Shown in pieces: positions 1-9,949 of a stretch of DNA of 62,975 nt. Under the pieces are notes generated by a model, which worked only from the letters and a program-made list of their open reading frames with translations, was not told where the DNA came from and did not search any database. Source of the stretch: an uncultured Anaerolineales bacterium (GTDB lineage Bacteria; Chloroflexota; Anaerolineae; B4-G1); the NCBI GenBank assembly GCA_964450435.1, contig CAYVCX010000004.1:32982-95956 (forward strand), read 5' to 3'. The position numbers and the translations under genes are program-made. Within the stretch, counting starts at the first letter, position 1. Every line of letters starts with the position of its first letter.

Positions 1-16
1 ACGTTCTGGGTAGCCA

Positions 17-1339
17 TCAGCGGCCTTCCAGGAGGTATTCAATCGCCCGCTCCAGCTGGGGATCCGTTTCCGGGCTCTCCCGTCTCTGCTCCTCGGGCCA
101 AGGGACTTCGATGTCGGGAGTCAATCCCCGCCCCTGTATGCGCTGGTCGTTGGGGGTAAACCAGAGAGCAACAGTTACACGAAGCTCGGAGCCATCGCTC
201 AGTTCAAAGGGGCGCTGCACGGATCCCTTGCCAAACGTAGGAACGCCTATGAGAGCCGCTCTCTGGTGATCTTGGAGGGCCCCGGCGACGATCTCAGACG
301 CGCTGGCTGAGCCGTTATTGACCAACACCACCAAGGGGATATCCTCGGCGAGGTCGCCGCCACGGGCTCTGAACTCGCGTTCTGTGCCATCGCTAAAGCG
401 TTCTACGGCTACCAGGCCATCACCAAGAAACAGGTCGGCGACGTCGATCGCTTGATCGAGCCATCCTCCGGGATTCTGACGCAGGTCGAGGACCAGGCCT
501 ACGGGGTCTTGCTCCAGCAACACTTCGAGATTCGCCTCGAGGCTGTCGCTGGCCGTGGCACTGAACTCGCGCAACCTGATGTAGCCCACACCCCCATCCA
601 GCATTTCGCTCTCAATTATCGGAATCTCTAAACGGGCACGGGTGACAGTCACATCAAAGGGCTCGGCGGTCCCCTCGCGCTCTATAGTCAATGTCACGGT
701 ACTGCCCGCAGGTCCCCGAATCTTGCCGATGGCCTCGTAGAGACTATCGCCAGTGATTGACTCGCCGTCGACGGCAATGACGCGATCGTCGGCCTGCAAG
801 CCAGCTTCGGCGGCCGGGCCCTCTTCAAACGTGTCGACGATTCTCACCCCACCAGCTTCATCAGCGTCGACAAAAGCACCGATACCTTCGAATTCTCCGG
901 TGGCATCCTCCCTCAAGATTGCGGTTACGGCCGGTTCGATAAAGGCAGTGTACCTGTCTTCGAGGGCACTGAGCATTCCGCGAATGGCAGCATACGTGAT
1001 GTCCTCCAGACTGGGCAGATCGCCGTAGTAGTGCTGCTGGAGCAACTCGAAAGCCTCCCAGAAAAGCTGAAAGGTATCTTCGGCGTCGGTCTCCGGTGTT
1101 GGAACAGGAATAGGTGTGCGAGTCGGCTCACGTGTTGTCCCCTCGCGCGGCGCCTCGTTGGACGGCGAGGGCGATTCCACGGGCGCTGTCGCTGCCGGTG
1201 GTGCCCCCAATAGCCCATCCGCTCGCCCGGCCAGCAGCCAAGCACAGCCAAAACCGGCAGCAAACACCCCTGCCGCAAGCATCAGCACGACGATGCTGAT
1301 GAGCGAAAACTTGACCACTCGCTGTATTGCGCTGTCCAT
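17..1339 (-). CDS. ctpA: S41 family carboxyl-terminal processing protease (PDZ + S41)
   Basis: N-terminal TM, FEGIGA PDZ start, DLRQNPGG, SASASEI (catalytic Ser), TFGKGSVQ (catalytic Lys). Confidence 0.95.
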   Translation of the reverse strand: MDSAIQRVVKFSLISIVVLMLAAGVFAAGFGCAWLLAGRADGLLGAPPAATAPVESPSPSNEAPREGTTREPTRTPIPVPTPETDAEDTFQLFWEAFELLQQHYYGDLPSLEDITYAAIRGMLSALEDRYTAFIEPAVTAILREDATGEFEGIGAFVDADEAGGVRIVDTFEEGPAAEAGLQADDRVIAVDGESITGDSLYEAIGKIRGPAGSTVTLTIEREGTAEPFDVTVTRARLEIPIIESEMLDGGVGYIRLREFSATASDSLEANLEVLLEQDPVGLVLDLRQNPGGWLDQAIDVADLFLGDGLVAVERFSDGTEREFRARGGDLAEDIPLVVLVNNGSASASEIVAGALQDHQRAALIGVPTFGKGSVQRPFELSDGSELRVTVALWFTPNDQRIQGRGLTPDIEVPWPEEQRRESPETDPQLERAIEYLLEGR

Positions 1340-1707
1340 CCGTTACCTCGCTTCCAAGTAGACGACGCTGCGGGCCAGCCGCCTACGGATCTGTCACTCG
1401 GCCCCTAGACGGTGCCTGCCAGCCTGACGACGCGAGACTGACCGCCTGATCACCCTCACAACTCGCAGGAGCAGCCCGTGTAGAACCCCGGCGGCCCCCG
1501 TATCGCAGACCCGGAAATCAACTAAAGCGCTCCCGCCTCGAGCTTTTGGAGATCGCAATCGGACACTCGGGTCGGGTGCCAGAGAAGAGAGCGACCAGAA
1601 GCACAACCAAGTCTCTGTCATACGCTGCACCTGACCCCCTTGACTGCGATGCTCCTACGGACATTTTAACACAGGGGCAACGCAGAGCAAGTGGGCGGAT
1701 CACCCAG

Positions 1708-1901
1708 CAGGGTTTTATCATTTTTCGCGCTCATACGACCCTTGCAACATAATGTTGCAGGAACCCGGGCGGGTTAAGGGACAGATTTCGCTTCAAGAGT
1801 TCAAGAAAACCGTATTGCCGGCGTATGACGGCGAGTTTCCGCATGATCGCATGAGCTTGGAATGGCGATCAGCATATGAGTTTGAGAATGATAAAACCCT
1901 G
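1708..1901. mobile_element. 194-bp MITE / internally deleted IS with ISAs1-like ends
   Basis: Perfect 15-bp terminal inverted repeats CAGGGTTTTATCATT (1708-1722) and AATGATAAAACCCTG (1887-1901), flanked by the 9-bp direct repeat ATCACCCAG (1699-1707 and 1902-1910); no intact transposase. Confidence 0.88.
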
Positions 1902-2190
1902 ATCACCCAGCCGGACCCGGGACGGCTCCGTGCAGCACCGAGCCCGTCGTTTTGTCCTCTGAGCCTGCCAGCGCCCCGGGGCAGGGAGCGCTCCGGAACT
2001 CCACACGGAGCCCGGGTGCAGTCCAAGGCCACGGGAGTGTGCTTGAGCGCCTGTTGGCGCACATGCCAGTGGCACGAGGCGCCGCAGCGTGGACCTCCCT
2101 CCGCTGTCCGAGCCAGGAGGGGTATCTTTGACTGGGGTAGGGAAAGGTCGGGGCGAACGCGGTGTCGTCCCAAACAGAAGCTGTAGTGTT

Positions 2191-2218
2191 ACTTCGGCTA
2201 AGTCTTCTTAAGCGAAGT
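2191..2218. other. Candidate dif/lox-like tyrosine-recombinase site (11-6-11)
   Basis: ACTTCGGCTAA-GTCTTC-TTAAGCGAAGT; arms are 9/11 inverted-complementary; AT-rich patch in a gene-poor interval. Confidence 0.55.
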
Positions 2219-2860
2219 ATTATGCCGGCCGTAACACGCATCGTGTGACGATACCCACTGGCCTGCGGGTCCTTCCGCAACCTAAGCTTTGCCACTACCT
2301 TACGACATGCGGATCGACTCCTGCCCATGGGCCGCTGTCCCAACCGCATCCCCCTGAGCATAGCTGTGGCAGCGCTAATGCTGCCTGTGGTCTGCCCGCG
2401 GTTGCTCCGCTGGTCAGTGTTTGCGTGACAGAGTCTCACCGGCGCGGCGCGGGAGCACGACCAGACGCGCATGCGACAAACACCAAGGCCGAATTCTCTG
2501 TGAGGCCACAGGAATCACGAATGCAGTTGTAGCGCCATACTGGCCATATTGCTGGTGGTCCCTCCGGCGACGGGCCCGGCTCTACACGGAAGCCACGGGA
2601 GGCCCTGCTCTGTCAGGCTCCGCGGTGACTAGGCCCAAGCCAGAGCAGAGAGTGTCTGCAAGACTCTTTGCAGGCGGCCTCGCCCACCGTCTTAGTGCTA
2701 CACGAAGGTCGCTTGCTGAGCGTGGACCAACACCCCCCTGTGCAACAATCGCTCAGCAGCCTGCTCTCTGCAGGCCAGCCCGCCGGGGCCCCTCGGTACC
2801 CTTCAGCCCCACGAACAAGGGTGCAGAGTGGCAGGCTGTTGTTCTCAGAGTAGCTGTGCA

Positions 2861-2869
2861 TGGTATAAT
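2861..2869 (+). promoter_or_regulatory. Extended -10 promoter (TGnTATAAT)
   Basis: TGGTATAAT just upstream of the GAGGTG RBS and the ATG at 2879. Confidence 0.6.
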
Positions 2870-2878
2870 CGAGGTGAC

Positions 2879-3247
2879 ATGACAATGGAGACTTTCGAGC
2901 GGTTGGTGGCAGAGGCTCTGGAGGGCCTTCCCGAGGAGATTCAGGAGAAACTCGACAACGTGGACGTCGTTGTCGCTGACTGGCCAGATCCGGCAACGTT
3001 GCGCCGAGCTGGCCTGCAGCACCCGGTGGAGCTCCTGGGCTTCTACCACGGCGTCCCGCAGACGAAACGTGGTCATCGCTACGGCCTCGTATTGCCCGAC
3101 AAGATCAGCATCTATCGAGGCCCGATCGAGATGCGGAGCAGCAACGCAGAAGACACCCGCGCAATCGTCCGACGCGTCGTGCGCCATGAGGTAGCGCACC
3201 ACTTCGGCATTGACGATGAGCGGCTCCGCGAGATTGGCGCCTATTGA
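2879..3247 (+). CDS. Minimal zincin-like metallopeptidase (DUF1025-like)
   Basis: LLGFYHGVP, LPDKISIYR, HEVAHHFG (HExxH); start reassigned to ATG 2879 after the RBS. Confidence 0.9.
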   Translation: MTMETFERLVAEALEGLPEEIQEKLDNVDVVVADWPDPATLRRAGLQHPVELLGFYHGVPQTKRGHRYGLVLPDKISIYRGPIEMRSSNAEDTRAIVRRVVRHEVAHHFGIDDERLREIGAY

Positions 3248-3321
3248 GTCAAGGGGTTCGGCGTGGAGTCGGCAGCCACGAAGCAGAAGACATCGTGATG
3301 GCAGAAACGATGAAGCAGCCG

Positions 3322-4323
3322 TCAGCTCGGCGGCTCGAAAGGTTGGAAGCCGCCACCCCGAACCTCCGCCGTGAGACTAAGCACAACGAACGCATCTGCA
3401 TCCACCTCGTGGACAATCTCTCTCAGGTGTGGGACTTGCACATCGGTCACGGCGGAGAGGAGTACGTCCCACGGAGCGCCTGTGTACATACCTGTCCCCT
3501 CAAGGGCTGTCACCCCGCGGCCCAGTTCCTCCTGAATTCGGGAGGCCACTGCGCTCCCCTCCGTGGTCACAATGGTGGCCAAACGCTCCTCGCGACGAGG
3601 CTCCGGCATCAACGGCCCAGCTACGCGGCGCATGAACTCCGGCACTCCTCGCAGGGCCCTGGACGGACGGGCGGCAACCGCGATTGCAACCAGCGTGCCG
3701 TAGACCGCTGCGACCAGAAACACCGTCCACCTTCCTGGTAGCGGCCCGACTGCGGCTCTCTCGACAACCGTGGTCAAGCTACGGGTTCGGGTAGGATGGA
3801 CACTGAGTTTGAGGCCCCAACTGATGATCAGCAACAAGATCAACCAGAAGTAATTGCGGCGGAAGCGGCGACCGGCTGCTTGCCACAGATCAACGGGGAA
3901 CATCGGTTGCGTAAGAGTCTGAGCCAGGTGGGCAGCCCAGTCCGCAGAAGGACGGTATGGAGGCGTGAAGATCGGAGCAAGAAAATCCGTCTCCATAAGG
4001 CGAACGCGATACGCCCAGAGGACGTAATAGCGGTAGCGACGTGCCTCAATGGTCAAGAAGGTCAAAACCAGGAAGAGAACCAGCAGAAACACGAAGTGTG
4101 GGTTCGTCGGCTCCGCAAACACGAAGGTCAGCGCGCCGGCGACGGTGATGACAGCCCAGTTCGTCGTTGTGTCCAGCCTGGTTCGCCACGTGTTGGCTCG
4201 CTGTATCTCACCCCGGTAGAGATGGACCATAGCCGCGGTGAAACTCGACGGGTCCATTTCGTACCCACGGAAAGACCACTTTCCGGAGCCGTCCTCGTCA
4301 GCGTGACCAGTCTGCTCATGCAT
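3322..4323 (-). CDS. DUF2270 membrane protein fused to a C-terminal DUF2179 (YitT C-terminal, PII-like) domain
   Basis: HLYRGE..R...WRTRLDTTTNWA and EARRYRY (DUF2270); C-terminal LGRGVT..G.GMYTG...DADAFV..EVRGGGF (DUF2179). Confidence 0.85.
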   Translation of the reverse strand: MHEQTGHADEDGSGKWSFRGYEMDPSSFTAAMVHLYRGEIQRANTWRTRLDTTTNWAVITVAGALTFVFAEPTNPHFVFLLVLFLVLTFLTIEARRYRYYVLWAYRVRLMETDFLAPIFTPPYRPSADWAAHLAQTLTQPMFPVDLWQAAGRRFRRNYFWLILLLIISWGLKLSVHPTRTRSLTTVVERAAVGPLPGRWTVFLVAAVYGTLVAIAVAARPSRALRGVPEFMRRVAGPLMPEPRREERLATIVTTEGSAVASRIQEELGRGVTALEGTGMYTGAPWDVLLSAVTDVQVPHLREIVHEVDADAFVVLSLTAEVRGGGFQPFEPPS

Positions 4324-4343
4324 CGGCGTTGCCCTCCTCCAAG

Positions 4344-4985
4344 CTATCCGCGACGACTAGCCCTTCGCCTGAGAACGCGCTTCCGGGTGAGCACGCCGAC
4401 CATGATCACCACCAACGCGACGGCCGCGACCCTCATCCCTGCCGAGACAAAGTCCGTACCGATCATGACAGCGTGCGCAGTCGCCAGGAGGAATGCTACA
4501 TAGTTCAGGAGGTGAAGCGACCGCCAACGCTGTCTAATCATGGTGCGAAACAGAGCAGCCAGGGAGGCTATTCCAATCAGGTACCAGGCTGGGCGACCAC
4601 CAAGCTTGAGGAAAGCGGACACTGACGAGAAATCGGGGAGGAACACGCGGAGATCCCAACTGCGCATCGCCACACCCAGAGGATGGAGCGTGATAAGAAC
4701 CAGGCCTGCAACGGACAGAATGTGGTGCACCCTGATGAAAGGACACCCTAGAAGCTCAAACAGCTCGCGCATGTAGGCCGAGGAAACCGCCGTGAGAAAG
4801 ACTGCCAAGTACCCCAGCAGCGCTGTGGCGCGTATGCCCCAGCTCAGCGGTGTCCCCACCGGCTGCAGGGCCATGAGAGCAACGACGAGGAGCACACTGG
4901 TGCCCCCTACGAAGGTCAAGTAAAGGAGGCCTCTCCTACGTTTCTTCTCCCGGGTGCTCACTGGCGGGATTCTCCTCTCCTTCAC
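4344..4985 (-). CDS. Ferric reductase-like transmembrane (MsrQ-like heme b) protein
   Basis: About 6 TMs with spaced His residues (RVHH...LITLH; WRSLHLLNY...ATAH). Confidence 0.75.
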   Translation of the reverse strand: MKERRIPPVSTREKKRRRGLLYLTFVGGTSVLLVVALMALQPVGTPLSWGIRATALLGYLAVFLTAVSSAYMRELFELLGCPFIRVHHILSVAGLVLITLHPLGVAMRSWDLRVFLPDFSSVSAFLKLGGRPAWYLIGIASLAALFRTMIRQRWRSLHLLNYVAFLLATAHAVMIGTDFVSAGMRVAAVALVVIMVGVLTRKRVLRRRASRRG

Positions 4986-5217
4986 TGACCAATGCTGTCA
5001 TTCAGCATTGGCCCGTCAAGCACCTGCGGTGGTGCGGAGCCCGAGCGATGATCATCAGACTATCTGCTCGCGCCTTCTTCCACTGCGCTACGAGGTTAGA
5101 CCTGCAACCGCAGCGTGGTTGATGAACATCACGCCCGGGACGGGGGCATTATCAACGAGATAGCCGCCGACTCGTGGAGCAGGTCTCGGGCTGGCCCAGC
5201 AACGAGACACTGCGGAC

Positions 5218-7701
5218 TCACCGCAGCGTTACTACGCGGGCAACCCGCGAACCTCCCGTGTCGACCAGGCGTTTGCCACGCGATCCGCGGGTCATTGAGG
5301 CGATCACCGAGAGATCGTTGATGTGAAACCGCCTGCCATCCTCCAGGTAGACATCTACCGCATACCCTGCTTTGCCAGCAGCCACGTCGCCCAGCTTACC
5401 CCCAGACTTGGACTCGCGCAGACACTGCACACCCTGCGTATTACGACCCTGCACCGAAAACTCCGTGAGCGGCACCCGATTGGCGTAGCCGGTCTCGGAT
5501 ACGACGACGACATGCCACTGAGCTTCCTTCGCGGCGACCTCCGGCACTATCATACCGCCCAGCACGCGGTCACCTTTCCTGAGCGAGATGCCGATGGAGC
5601 CGCTGGCCGTATCTGTCTTCTGCGGGTGAATCTCGCCACCGTCCAGACGGAGCAGCTGACCTTCCCTCGTGTAGAAGATGACGTTGGCGCTGTCATCAGC
5701 AACGCCCCCAAACAGGAGCTGGTCGTCATCGACCAGCCCGATGACCGGTCCCCACTCGCGATCCAGCAACGAGAGGTCACTCACCGCAGCACGCTTCACC
5801 CTGCCGGCTTGCGTGCCGAGAAGCAGATATCCATCCATGCTAATCACACTGATACCCACAATATGCTCATCCGGCGCAAGGCCCAGCTGGCTCGCCGCGG
5901 TGGCGGCCAGGGGAACGAACCCCACCTCCCCCACCCAGCCGGCCCCACGGCTGGTCAGCAGAATCACCTTGTCCTTGGGCGCCGCTCTCACGTGAGCCAG
6001 GTGCACGCTTCGCGCAGCTCTAGTGGTCAATCCCTCGCTCGGGCGATAGGAGAAGCCACTTGCGTCGGAGCGTTCTATGCCGTCCGGGGTGAGGACCAAG
6101 ACCTGGTCGCCTTCCGGCGCCACCAGGTCGGAGCCTGTCATCACCGTGGTGCCAGCGGCCTTGTCCTCGCTGTCCACAATCACCGTACGGCGTGGCACTG
6201 AGAACTCGTCCTTAAGTCTCCCCGTATCCTGCACGACCACGTCGAGGCGGCGGGCCTCCGAGGACAGCAGCTCCTGAAGATGTTCAATCCGCTCTCCCAG
6301 TTCCTTTGCTTCATCCTCCAGGCGGGACCGTCCAAGGGCCGCCAGCTGTTGAAGCTGGGTGTGGAGAATGGCATTAGCTTGCTGCTCTGAAAAGCCGAAC
6401 GTACGTATGAGGTTGTTTCGAGCAGTCCTTGGCTCTCGTGAGCGACGGATGGTTTCAATCACGTCGTCGAGAGCGTCCAGAGCCTTCAGCAATCCCGCGA
6501 CAATGTGGAGCCGTGCCTGCCGTTTTTCCAACTCGTACTGGCTGCGACGTTCAATGACCTCCAGGCGGTGGGAGACAAAGTGAGTCAGAAGCTGGTGGAG
6601 CGACAGGTACGTCGGGCGGCTATCGCCGTCCTGTATGGGCACCAAGGCCAGGTTGATTACGCCAAAGGTCTCACGTAGTTGGGAGTACTTCAACACCTGC
6701 TCAAGGACCTGGTCCGGATCGCCGGTCCGAGAGACCTCGATCACCATACGCATACCGGTGTAGTCGGATTCGTCACGCAGGTCCGTTACACCGGTAATAC
6801 GGCCTCGATGCACTTCCTTGGCGATCTTCTCCATAACCGTGTTTTTCTGCACGTTATACGGCAGTTCCGTCACCACCAGGTTCGATTTGCCGCCGCCGAT
6901 GTCTTCCACGAGGATTCGAGCCTGCGTGACGATCCGACCGCGCCCGGTCTCATAGGCCTCATATACAGTGTCGATCAGCCCGTCGCCACGGTCACGGTAA
7001 CGATATAGAACGCCTCCCGTGGGGAAATCAGGCCCTGGGATAAACTGCAACAGGTCGCTCGTCGTGATCTTCTCCCGCTGGTCCCAGTTACGTGCCACGT
7101 AAATCAAAGCCTCGCACACCTCCCCAAAATTATGAGGCGGTATATTGGTGGACATGCCGACAGCAATTCCGGCGGAGCCATTGACCAGCAGGTTCGGGAA
7201 CACTGCCGGTAGAACAGTCGGCTCCTCAAGGGAGCCGTCGAAGTTCTCCTGCCAGTCCACTGTGTCCATCTCGAGGTCTTGAAGCATGGTCTCAGCGACC
7301 GGTGTCAACCGCGCTTCGGTATAGCGCATCGCGGCGGGGCTATCCCCATCTACAGAACCGAAGTTGCCCTGCCCGTCCACCAGGGGCATCTCCATAGAGA
7401 AATCCTGGGCCATTCGTACCAAGGTGTGGTAGACAGAGGTATCGCCGTGAGGATGGTACTTCCCAAGCACCTCTCCAACGATACGGGCTGACTTCTTGTG
7501 GGGATGCTCTGCGTCCAGCCCCAGCTCGTGCATCGCGTACAGAATACGCCGCTGGACGGGCTTGAGTCCGTCGCGAATGTCGGGCAGGGCACGATCCGTG
7601 ATGGTAGCTCTCGCATACCCCATATAGGCGGCGGTCATGTCGCTGGCTAGATCCACCGTCTCGCTGGGGAACACGATGGTCGAATCGTCGACGTCACTCA
7701 T
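5218..7701 (-). CDS. parC: Type IIA topoisomerase subunit A (GyrA/ParC family; no GyrA-box, Topo IV-like)
   Basis: [32 protein letters not shown] (catalytic Tyr), beta-pinwheel CTD repeats; start taken at MSDVDD. Confidence 0.85.
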   Translation of the reverse strand: MSDVDDSTIVFPSETVDLASDMTAAYMGYARATITDRALPDIRDGLKPVQRRILYAMHELGLDAEHPHKKSARIVGEVLGKYHPHGDTSVYHTLVRMAQDFSMEMPLVDGQGNFGSVDGDSPAAMRYTEARLTPVAETMLQDLEMDTVDWQENFDGSLEEPTVLPAVFPNLLVNGSAGIAVGMSTNIPPHNFGEVCEALIYVARNWDQREKITTSDLLQFIPGPDFPTGGVLYRYRDRGDGLIDTVYEAYETGRGRIVTQARILVEDIGGGKSNLVVTELPYNVQKNTVMEKIAKEVHRGRITGVTDLRDESDYTGMRMVIEVSRTGDPDQVLEQVLKYSQLRETFGVINLALVPIQDGDSRPTYLSLHQLLTHFVSHRLEVIERRSQYELEKRQARLHIVAGLLKALDALDDVIETIRRSREPRTARNNLIRTFGFSEQQANAILHTQLQQLAALGRSRLEDEAKELGERIEHLQELLSSEARRLDVVVQDTGRLKDEFSVPRRTVIVDSEDKAAGTTVMTGSDLVAPEGDQVLVLTPDGIERSDASGFSYRPSEGLTTRAARSVHLAHVRAAPKDKVILLTSRGAGWVGEVGFVPLAATAASQLGLAPDEHIVGISVISMDGYLLLGTQAGRVKRAAVSDLSLLDREWGPVIGLVDDDQLLFGGVADDSANVIFYTREGQLLRLDGGEIHPQKTDTASGSIGISLRKGDRVLGGMIVPEVAAKEAQWHVVVVSETGYANRVPLTEFSVQGRNTQGVQCLRESKSGGKLGDVAAGKAGYAVDVYLEDGRRFHINDLSVIASMTRGSRGKRLVDTGGSRVARVVTLR

Positions 7702-7751
7702 TCGTTGTCCCGTTATCCTCGATGCCGCAATGCGCACGCTGAAAGCGCATC

Positions 7752-9761
7752 TCAGTCTCCGTTCTCATCCAACACCATCCCATCGCCCCAGTACCGCATC
7801 AGGCGCTCACGCCGCTTTGTCGCGCCAGCGCCCATCCACAGCGAGAAAGCCGCGTTGGCTGCGTGCACATCGTTGGCTTTCACCTGCACAAGGTGCTCGT
7901 TGACCGCCGGGTTTCCTTCTTCGTTCACGCTGAAGATCGTCTCTCGCAGCTGAGCGGGGTTCATCTCCCCCAACCCCTTATAGCGTTGGATAGTGACACC
8001 ACGCATACCGCCCCAGTCATCCAAGATCCGTTTCCGCTCGGCGTCAGTATAGGCATACCTTTCGTCGCTACCTTTGCTCAACATATACAGCGGTGCCTGC
8101 GCCACGTACAAGCGGCCTTCTTCCACTACTGGTCGCATAAGACGCCAGAAAAGAGTGTAAAGCAGCGTCTTAATGTGTTCGCCGTCCACATCGGCGTCAA
8201 CGAGGATGGCAATACGACCATACCGCATGTCTTCCACACCGAAGTCGCTTCCCACGCCGGCGCCGAGAGCGGCAACGATGGCTTTCACTTCCCTGTTGCT
8301 CAGAGCTCGATCGAGCCGCCTTCTCTCGACGTTGAGAATCTTGCCGCGCAGCGGCAAGATAGCGTGATAACGACGGTCACGCGCCTGCTTGCAGGACCCG
8401 CCGGCGCTGTCACCCTCCACAACGTAGAGGGTGGTCATGTTGACTGGCGTCCCTTTCGCCACGTCTGCCAGCTTACCGGGCAGCTCATCGACCTCCAATG
8501 CGGAGCGCCGCATCACCAGCTTGCGTGCCTTGGACGCTGCTCGACGCGCGCGAGAGGCCGCCAAGCACTGTGCGACGATCCTCTTCCCCAGCGAGATTCG
8601 CTTGCCCAGGTGCGCCAAGAGACCTTCATAGACGATTGAATGCACCTGGCCCTGAATCTGATCGGAGCCGAGCTGAGTCTTGGTCTGGCTAGTGAACTGA
8701 GGGTCGTGCATTCGGACACTAAGGACAGCAGTCAGACCAGCTCGAGTATCGCGCCCGATGATCCTGTCCCCCTTCTTCAGCAATCCGCGGCGATTGTCGG
8801 CAAAGACATTGATGGCCTTGGTCAACCCGGCCATCAATCCCGAGACATGTCCTCCGCCGTCGGGTGTGGGAATCGTATTGACAAACGAGACAATCTCAGG
8901 ATAGTCGCCCGTGTGCCACTGGAAGACTGCCTCCACCTGTGTGCCATCCTCACTAGAAACCTTCACCTCGATGGGCTCGTGAAGCACATCCCGGTTCCGA
9001 TTAAGGTGCTCAACGTACTCGACCAACCCGCCCTGATAGCAGTACTCTCGTTCCCTTCCGTCTCCGTGCCTGTCGACGATTCGCGTGGTCAAACCGGGCA
9101 CCAAGAAAGCCACCATCTGCAGACGCCGTGCAAGCGTGGCGAAGTCGAATTCGAGCTCATCCAAGAACTCCCGGTTGGGCAGAAACTCGACCGTCGTGCC
9201 TGTCCCAATGTCTCGGTCTTTGTTCTGCCGGACTGCTGTCACCTCCCCCCGCACGCCCACCTGGCCGACAATCTCCTCGCTATGAGGGGCCAGGATATTG
9301 ACCGGCGTGACTGGCAAGCCCCGCTCGTGCCGCTGCCGGTACAGGACTCCGTCGCGCCGGACGGTCACCACCAGCCAATCCGATAGGGCATTTGTGGCCT
9401 TGATGCCCACGCCGTGCAGACCACCGGAAGTTGAGTAGCTGCCTTCTTCGAACTTGCCGCCGGCATGAAGCTCGGTAAATGCCAGTTCCATCGTGGGCTT
9501 GTTCTTCTCAGGATGCATCCCCACCGGGATTCCGCGCCCGTTGTCGGTGATGGCGATGCTTCCGTCGTCCCGAAGCACGACTTCTATACGGTCACAGTAC
9601 CCCATCAGTGCCTCGTCCACTGCGTTGTCGATGACCTCGATGGCCAAGTGGTGCAGGGCTGTCATGCCCCGCCCCCCGACGTACATCCCTGGCCTTCGCT
9701 GGATGTTCTCCGGGTAGTCGAGGACCTTGATGTCTTCCTCGGTGTAGGCTACCTTTGCCAT
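7752..9761 (-). CDS. parE: Type IIA topoisomerase subunit B (GyrB/ParE family)
   Basis: [65 protein letters not shown]; GGAGG RBS before ATG 9761. Confidence 0.88.
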   Translation of the reverse strand: MAKVAYTEEDIKVLDYPENIQRRPGMYVGGRGMTALHHLAIEVIDNAVDEALMGYCDRIEVVLRDDGSIAITDNGRGIPVGMHPEKNKPTMELAFTELHAGGKFEEGSYSTSGGLHGVGIKATNALSDWLVVTVRRDGVLYRQRHERGLPVTPVNILAPHSEEIVGQVGVRGEVTAVRQNKDRDIGTGTTVEFLPNREFLDELEFDFATLARRLQMVAFLVPGLTTRIVDRHGDGREREYCYQGGLVEYVEHLNRNRDVLHEPIEVKVSSEDGTQVEAVFQWHTGDYPEIVSFVNTIPTPDGGGHVSGLMAGLTKAINVFADNRRGLLKKGDRIIGRDTRAGLTAVLSVRMHDPQFTSQTKTQLGSDQIQGQVHSIVYEGLLAHLGKRISLGKRIVAQCLAASRARRAASKARKLVMRRSALEVDELPGKLADVAKGTPVNMTTLYVVEGDSAGGSCKQARDRRYHAILPLRGKILNVERRRLDRALSNREVKAIVAALGAGVGSDFGVEDMRYGRIAILVDADVDGEHIKTLLYTLFWRLMRPVVEEGRLYVAQAPLYMLSKGSDERYAYTDAERKRILDDWGGMRGVTIQRYKGLGEMNPAQLRETIFSVNEEGNPAVNEHLVQVKANDVHAANAAFSLWMGAGATKRRERLMRYWGDGMVLDENGD

Positions 9762-9843
9762 GACCATCCTCCGACCCAGCGTCCGCCGGGCCAAACCCCT
9801 CCGTGTAGGGTCTGTACCCCGCAGACTTAAGTTAACCGCACCT

Positions 9844-9872
9844 AGTATAGCACATTTGTTCTACTTGGTCAA
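9844..9872 (-). promoter_or_regulatory. Sigma70-type promoter of the topoisomerase operon with an embedded LexA (SOS) box
   Basis: Minus strand reads TTGACC-N17-TATACT; AGAACAAATGTGCT (9849-9862) fills the spacer and is one mismatch from AGAAC-N4-GTTCT. Confidence 0.8.
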
Positions 9873-9949
9873 GTGCCGGGCCTGTGAGAACTGTCATAGG
9901 CCCGAGGGCTGATCTCGTATCCACGCCCTGAAGCACTCTCAGGGCTCGT

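Noticed and set aside
1394-2882. Several 70-190 aa ORFs in the ctpA upstream interval
   Set aside because: They overlap each other, lack RBS or family motifs, and some run through the MITE; treated as non-coding
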